DNA of 11,643 bases from an uncultured Pseudomonadota bacterium (GTDB lineage: Bacteria > SAR324 > NAC60-12): NCBI GenBank assembly GCA_913020725.1, contig CAJWCD010000115.1, positions 1 through 11,643 of the forward strand, written 5' to 3'. This document shows positions 6,547-11,643 of the stretch, piece by piece. Position numbers and translations under genes: made by a program. Under the pieces are notes generated by a model, which did no database searches, was not told where the DNA came from, and saw only the letters and a list, made by a program, of their open reading frames with translations. Position 1 is the first letter of the stretch; each line of letters begins with the position of its first letter.

Positions 6547-9042
6547 ATGACCACCCCCGTTCCGGAACATGCACAACACGTCATCATCGGCGGTGGCATC
6601 ATTGGATGCAGCGTCGCCTACCACCTCGCCAAGGAGGGCGCAAAGGATGTCCTCTTACTTGAGCGCGGACAACTCACCTGCGGCAGCACCTTCCACGCCG
6701 CCGGACTCGTGGGGCAGTTGCGCAGTTCGGCCAACACCACACGGCTGCTCAAGCACAGCGTGGACCTCTACCGCACCATTGAGTCGGAAACCGGACAGGC
6801 CACGGGCTGGAAGATGAACGGCGGATTGCGGCTCGCCTGCACCAAGGAACGCTGGATCGAACTCAAGCGCCAGGCGACCACTGCCCACAGCTTTGGGCTG
6901 GAGATGGAACTGCTCTCTCCGGACGATGCCCAAAAGCTCTGGCCGCTGATGACGACTGACGATTTGGTCGGAGCCGCCTTTCTGCCCACTGACGGACAGG
7001 CCAATCCCTCCGACATCACCCAAGCCCTCGCCAAAGGGGCACGGATGCGCGGGGTGCGGATCATCGAGGAAACCCCGGTCACGGGCATCCGGGTGGAAAA
7101 CGGACGCGTCGCCGCCGTGCAAACCCCAAACGGGGAAATCCGTTGCGAGGTCATCATCAACTGCGGAGGTCAGTGGGCCAAGCAGATCGGGCGCATGGCA
7201 GACGTGACGGTGCCCTTGCAATCCGTGCAGCACCAGTATTTGATCACCGAACCCATCGAGGGCGTGACCCCGGACTTGCCGACCCTGCGCGATCCGGATC
7301 GGCTCACCTATTGGAAGGAGGACGTGGGCGGTTTGTGCATGGGCGGCTACGAACCAAACCCGGTCCCGTGGGCGTTGGACGGCATTCCGGAGGATTTCAC
7401 GTTCCAGCTGCTTCCGGAAAACTGGGAGCATTTCGAACAGTTCATGCAACCTGCGGCACAGCGTGTTCCGATTTTTGAGCAAGCGGGCATCCGCAAGTTC
7501 ATCAACGGCCCAGAATCCTTCACCCCGGACGGAAATTTCATGCTCGGTGAAGCCCCGGAGTTGCAGAATTTCTTTGTGGGGGCTGGCTTCAACGCCTTTG
7601 GCATTGCCTCCGCAGGCGGGGCGGGGAAGTCGCTCGCGGAGTGGGTGCTGGCCGGGGAGCCGCCGCTGGACTTGTGGGTGGTGGACCTGCGGCGTTTCAG
7701 CACGGTGCATCAGGACGAAGCATGGGTCCGGAACCGCACCCTTGAACTCTACGGCAAGCACTACACGCTCAGTTGGCCGCACGAGGAGCACGAAAGCGGT
7801 CGCCCAAATCTGACCTCGACGCTCTACGACACGCTCAAATCGCAGGGCGCGTGTTTTGGCTCCAAGCTGGGCTGGGAGCGTCCGAACTGGTTTGCACCCG
7901 CCGGAGTGCCGCCCAAAGATGAGTGCTCCTACGGACGGCAAAACTGGTTCCCGCACGTTGGCGAGGAACACCGGGCCGTCCGGGAACGGGTGGGAGTGAT
8001 CGACCAAAGTTCCTTCGCCAAATTCCGGGTGGTTGGACCTGATGCGGAATCCGCACTCTCCCGGATTTGTGCAAACAACGTGGCCAAACCGCCCGGTTCG
8101 CTCACCTACACGCAACTGCTCAACTCGCGGGGCGGCATCGAGTGCGACCTGACGGTGGCCCGCTTTGCCGAAAACGAGTTCTACTTCGTCACAGGCACCG
8201 GATTCCGCACCCACGATTCCGCGTGGATTCGCAGTCAGCTCAGACCCGGAGAGCAAGTGGAGTTGCAGGACATCACCGAAGAGGGCGCGGTGCTTTCCGT
8301 GATGGGTCCGGCCTCCCGTGAGGTGCTGTCCGCCCTGACCGGGACACCGTTGGACAACGAGCGGTTTCCGTTCGGAACCTGTCGAAAACTTGATCTCGCG
8401 CTCCCAAAAGCTGTAAATCCCTCCTGCGCCCCCCTTTGCCAAAGGGGGGATGGGGGGATTTGGGCGCTCCGCATCACCTACGTCGGCGAACTTGGCTGGG
8501 AGTTGCACCTGCCCCGTGAAGCGGCGAAACCGATTTACGACGCACTCTTCGAGGCCGGAGCTGCGCACGGCATCGCCAACGTGGGCTACCGTGCCATCGA
8601 ATCGCTGCGGCTGGAAAAAGGCTACCGTGCTTGGGGGGCCGACATCACGCCGGACAGCACTCCACTCGAAGCGGGACTCGGCTGGGCCGTGAAGCTCAAA
8701 TCCGGCGTGGAATTCAGTGGGCGAGAGGCTTTGCTAACGCAACAGCAGGCACCTTTGACAAAGCGGCTGGTTGGCTTCACCGTTGCTGATCCGGAGGTGG
8801 TGCTGCTTGGGCGCGAATCAATTTTTCGCAACGGCGAACTTGTGGGCTGGCTGACCAGCGGGGGGTGGGGTTATACTGTCGGACAGAACATCGGCTACGG
8901 CTACGTCCGCAATCCCATAGGCGTGGACACCGAATTCCTGAAATCCGGAAACTACGAACTGGAAGTAGCCTGCGATCGCATTCCCTGCACCCTGCACCTG
9001 AAGCCCTTGTACGATCCCGGAATGCAACGCATCCGGAGGTGA
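6547..9042 (+). CDS. FAD-dependent oxidoreductase with C-terminal GcvT/THF-binding domain (dimethylglycine/sarcosine dehydrogenase family)
   Basis: About 831 aa (ATG 6547 or 6541). Contains IIGGGIIG (FAD), GSTFHAAG (flavinylated His position), NGPESFTPDG, GWERPNWF, DQSSFAKF, GGIECDLTV, RITYVGELGWELH and SLRLEKGYR. Confidence 0.95.
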   Translation: MTTPVPEHAQHVIIGGGIIGCSVAYHLAKEGAKDVLLLERGQLTCGSTFHAAGLVGQLRSSANTTRLLKHSVDLYRTIESETGQATGWKMNGGLRLACTKERWIELKRQATTAHSFGLEMELLSPDDAQKLWPLMTTDDLVGAAFLPTDGQANPSDITQALAKGARMRGVRIIEETPVTGIRVENGRVAAVQTPNGEIRCEVIINCGGQWAKQIGRMADVTVPLQSVQHQYLITEPIEGVTPDLPTLRDPDRLTYWKEDVGGLCMGGYEPNPVPWALDGIPEDFTFQLLPENWEHFEQFMQPAAQRVPIFEQAGIRKFINGPESFTPDGNFMLGEAPELQNFFVGAGFNAFGIASAGGAGKSLAEWVLAGEPPLDLWVVDLRRFSTVHQDEAWVRNRTLELYGKHYTLSWPHEEHESGRPNLTSTLYDTLKSQGACFGSKLGWERPNWFAPAGVPPKDECSYGRQNWFPHVGEEHRAVRERVGVIDQSSFAKFRVVGPDAESALSRICANNVAKPPGSLTYTQLLNSRGGIECDLTVARFAENEFYFVTGTGFRTHDSAWIRSQLRPGEQVELQDITEEGAVLSVMGPASREVLSALTGTPLDNERFPFGTCRKLDLALPKAVNPSCAPLCQRGDGGIWALRITYVGELGWELHLPREAAKPIYDALFEAGAAHGIANVGYRAIESLRLEKGYRAWGADITPDSTPLEAGLGWAVKLKSGVEFSGREALLTQQQAPLTKRLVGFTVADPEVVLLGRESIFRNGELVGWLTSGGWGYTVGQNIGYGYVRNPIGVDTEFLKSGNYELEVACDRIPCTLHLKPLYDPGMQRIRR
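8415..8461. repeat. 47-bp palindromic element lying in frame inside the GcvT-family gene
   Basis: AAATCCCTCC-TGCG-CCCCCCTTT-GCC-AAAGGGGGG-AT-GGGGGGATTT. The inner 9-bp stem is perfect and the outer 10-bp stem has one G-T pair. It encodes NPSCAPLCQRGDGGI. Confidence 0.85.
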
Positions 9043-9093
9043 TACCCGACACGGCTGTTTTCAACATCATCCTTTTCACCCAGCATACGGCGT

Positions 9094-9873
9094 ATGAACC
9101 TTCACGAAGTTGCAACCTGCCTATTGGAGGAGTTCGACGCTCGCAGACCGAGTGCCATTTTTGGACGCTCTGATTTGAACCTCAGCATCGATGACGCCTA
9201 CGACGTGCAATTCGAGGTTGCGGCCATGCGTCAGTCCCGAGGTGAACGCGTAGCTGGATACAAAATTGGCTGCATCAGTGACACGATGCAAAGGCAGCTT
9301 GGAATTGACCATCCCGTGTTTGGCCACGTGTGGGACTCGGAAATCCATCGATCTGGCGCCCATCTACGACCACAGGACTTCGATGGTTTGGCGATTGAAG
9401 GCGAACTCGCGATTCGACTTCAAGACGATGTCCCCTCTTCGGCATGGCTACGGAACAACCCTGAAGTGGTGGCTCGTCACCTAGCCGTCATTGAACTGCA
9501 TAACTATGTGTTCCGTGGTGCGGAATCAAATAGAGCGGCTGAACTCGTCACGAATAATGCGATCCATGCCGGGGTGGTCATTGCCGACGAGGAAGCAGCG
9601 TCAAACAATTTCAACCCGAATTCGATATTGCAAGTAGATCGAAACGCGGAACGCCTTGGAGAAGGGGTTGCGGCTCATCTCCAAAATGGCCCCGTTGACA
9701 TTGTGGCGGCCGTATCTGAGCATCTCGAACGCCGTGGACTCCACCTAATGCGAGATCAGATCATACTTACGGGCTCGCCCTTGCCCCTTTGGAGGGTTGC
9801 ACCCGGAGATCGTATCACTGTGCGCTGTGATGGTCTTGCCGACGTTTCTTGTACGATCGCGGAGTGGCACTAA
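9094..9873 (+). CDS. 2-keto-4-pentenoate hydratase/decarboxylase-like protein (MhpD family, FAH superfamily)
   Basis: 259 aa. Motifs SIDDAYDVQ, GERVAGYKIG, QRQLGIDHPVFG, IEGELAIRL, NNAIHAG and QIILTGS. Divergent from canonical MhpD, so the substrate is not assignable. Confidence 0.85.
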   Translation: MNLHEVATCLLEEFDARRPSAIFGRSDLNLSIDDAYDVQFEVAAMRQSRGERVAGYKIGCISDTMQRQLGIDHPVFGHVWDSEIHRSGAHLRPQDFDGLAIEGELAIRLQDDVPSSAWLRNNPEVVARHLAVIELHNYVFRGAESNRAAELVTNNAIHAGVVIADEEAASNNFNPNSILQVDRNAERLGEGVAAHLQNGPVDIVAAVSEHLERRGLHLMRDQIILTGSPLPLWRVAPGDRITVRCDGLADVSCTIAEWH

Positions 9874-9945
9874 CAAATTGCTCAACCGGAGCGGCGGTTG
9901 GGCGCGTGTTCTGTGTTTCGGAAGTCGCTGACCACCGCCCGGTTA
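9868..9945 (+). mobile_element. Truncated integron attC-like site
   Basis: The stop codon lies in CACTAAC (R''-like), followed by AAATT and GCTCAAC (L''-like with an extra C). Left arm AACCGG-A-GCGGCGG pairs with CCACCGCCCGGTT (9932-9944) with a single bulged A. The sequence diverges after GTTA (9945), so R' is missing. Confidence 0.65.
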
Positions 9946-10196
9946 CGGGGCTAATGAACACCATTCTGACTGCGCTCATCGCCTCTACGTTCTACCCGAC
10001 CAAACCGGAAATGAGGGGCGTCGTTTTACAGGGGGCCGTCGTTCCCATTACTCCGTAAATTCAATAAAAACTCGCAAAACTCAGGTTAGTCTAGCGCAGG
10101 TGGTTCTATTACCAATAGGGTCTACTAGGAATTGCTATAAGTTGAATCTTGAGCCGCTCCGTGGATACTGAACGGGACGCTTTGAAAGCAACTGCA

Positions 10197-11300
10197 ATGG
10201 GAGGACACTTGAAGCTCGGATTTTTCACGATGCCGATTCATCCGGCATCCCGCGACTACACCCAAACGCTCCGGGAGGACCGTGAAGCGATACTGTTGGC
10301 AGACCGTCTGGGGTTCGCCGAAGCATTCATCGGAGAGCATTTCACGGACCTCTGTGAAACCATTCCCTCCTGTCTGTCCTTCATTGCGAGCCTTGCCCAC
10401 GACACCCGGCAGATCAGGCTGGGCAGCGGCACAGTAAACCTGCCGAACAGCCATCCGGTGCAGGTCGCGGCGCACGTTTCCATGATTGATCACTTGCTGG
10501 AAGGTCGCTTTCTCTTCGGCATTGGCCCTGGAGGGCTGCGCTCCGACTGGGAGGCGATGGGCAATCTGGACGCAGACCGCAACGCTATGTTTGTGGAGGC
10601 GATTGAGCAGATTCTTGCGATTTGGACGGAGGAGGCGCCGTACAACCTGAAAGGACGCTACTGGACGGTTTCCACCGAGCAAACCCTGATCCCAGAAGCC
10701 GGACAGGGTATCATCCTGCCGCCTTTCCAAAAACCGCACCCCCCGATTCTGGTGACCGCGATTGCACCTCATTCTCGGGGAATCGTTGCAGCGGCGGAGC
10801 GTGGTTGGAGCCTGATTTCTGCGAATTTCACGCACACGAAGTGGATTGCGACGCATTGGCCGAAGTATGTGGAGGGCTGTGAGCGGGCCGAACGTATGCC
10901 GGACCCTGCGGATTGGCGGGTGGCCCGCAGTATTTTTGTTGCTGAGGAGGACGCCACGGCACGGCGCTACGCCCTCGATCCGGAAGGTGCGTATGGCTAC
11001 TACTACTGGAATTTGATGACGAAGCGCCGGAGGGGCAATGCGCTGGGTGTCTTCAAGGAGGATCCGGAAATGCCGGATTCCGAATGCACCCTCGACTATG
11101 TGCTGGAGCGGCTGGTGCTGTGGGGCAGTGTGGAAACGATGGTCGAGAAAATCCTTGTCCTGCGCGAAGAACTTGGACCCTTCGGCACTCTGCTTTACTG
11201 TGGACACGACTGGGTGAATCCCGAACTCGCCCGGCGTTCCATGGAACTGCTGGCCACGGAGGTGTTGCCCCGAGTCAATCAGGCGTTGGGGGAGACCTGA
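10197..11300 (+). CDS. Luciferase-like (LLM class) flavin-dependent monooxygenase
   Basis: Motifs KLGFFTMPIHP, ADRLGFAEAFIGEH, TRQIRLGSG, HPVQVAAHVSMIDHLLEGRFLFGIGPG, PFQKPHPPI and SMELLATEVLP. Start is ATG 10197, or TTG 10209 behind GGAGG (10200-10204). Confidence 0.92.
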   Translation: MGGHLKLGFFTMPIHPASRDYTQTLREDREAILLADRLGFAEAFIGEHFTDLCETIPSCLSFIASLAHDTRQIRLGSGTVNLPNSHPVQVAAHVSMIDHLLEGRFLFGIGPGGLRSDWEAMGNLDADRNAMFVEAIEQILAIWTEEAPYNLKGRYWTVSTEQTLIPEAGQGIILPPFQKPHPPILVTAIAPHSRGIVAAAERGWSLISANFTHTKWIATHWPKYVEGCERAERMPDPADWRVARSIFVAEEDATARRYALDPEGAYGYYYWNLMTKRRRGNALGVFKEDPEMPDSECTLDYVLERLVLWGSVETMVEKILVLREELGPFGTLLYCGHDWVNPELARRSMELLATEVLPRVNQALGET

Positions 11301-11333
11301 TCCAAGGCTGAGACAACATCGGCGGCATGGAGT

Positions 11334-11643
11334 TCAGGCTGCGACCTGTTGTGCTGTGGGTTGGAGGTTGAGAAACTGCATCATCCAACTCGCCGATCCG
11401 CCTGTGGACAATGCTCCGGCGTTCGCCATACCCACCGCGTGTTCCTTTGCACTGAAATCTGTCGTGTTCGTGCCTACGTCCGCGCTGAACGTCTGAGCGT
11501 AATCGTTTACCCTCGTTGCATAGCTGATCGCTGTTTGACGGTAATCGTCTGTAGTGTTTTGATACCCTAATGCCGTGTCCCGCGCCGCCTGTGCTGCCGT
11601 CTTTGCCGCCTCAACAACGGTACTCGTACCCCACGCAATCACG
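11334..11643 (-). CDS. Partial ORF resembling a phage structural/tail-fibre-like protein (5' end outside window; C-terminus possibly truncated)
   Basis: Ala/Thr-rich EAAKTAAQAARDTA followed by TTDFSAKEHAVG...GGSA, reminiscent of SAKE(W/Y/H)A repeats of phage fibre-like proteins. The frame is open at the window edge. Confidence 0.45.
   Translation of the reverse strand, partial: VIAWGTSTVVEAAKTAAQAARDTALGYQNTTDDYRQTAISYATRVNDYAQTFSADVGTNTTDFSAKEHAVGMANAGALSTGGSASWMMQFLNLQPTAQQVAA

Noticed and set aside
6655..8568. 637-aa minus-strand ORF
   Set aside because: Antisense shadow of the GC-rich GcvT-family gene. Its only notable segment (PPIPPLAKGGAGG) is the palindromic insert.
2361..9873. Gene symbols tmoX, dmgdh/gcvT, licA, mhpD
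   Set aside because: Only family-level similarity is evident. Orthology and substrates cannot be established from sequence alone.
9884..9944. Rho-independent terminator interpretation of the hairpin
   Set aside because: Long bulged stem with a large loop and no U-tract. The geometry relative to TAAC fits attC better.
9849..10058. 69-aa ORF after the hydratase
   Set aside because: It runs through the attC-like hairpin, overlaps the upstream gene and has no recognisable protein features.
10125..11207. 360-aa minus-strand ORF
   Set aside because: Antisense to the well-supported LLM gene; Arg/His-rich with no motifs.

Overview
Bacterial window with a mosaic layout. At the left edge (1-~820) is accessory DNA downstream of tRNA-Thr(CGT): the end of an IS630-family element, short gene remnants and a tandem repeat resembling integrase arm sites, which together suggest an island boundary. 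Next come tRNA-Thr and rlmN on the minus strand. A divergent plus-strand cluster then encodes a TmoX/ProX-like betaine-family binding protein, a double-domain ProW-type permease (no ATPase in the window), a choline/ethanolamine-kinase-like phosphotransferase and a dimethylglycine/sarcosine-dehydrogenase-like FAD/GcvT enzyme. This looks like an uncharacterised uptake, phosphorylation and demethylation pathway. The GcvT gene carries a 47-bp palindromic element read in frame as about 15 extra residues. It is followed by an MhpD-like hydratase whose stop codon overlaps a truncated integron attC-like hairpin (a probable stranded gene cassette), a luciferase-like monooxygenase, and a convergent, phage-structural-like partial ORF at the right edge. 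All family calls come from motif recognition, not database searches.
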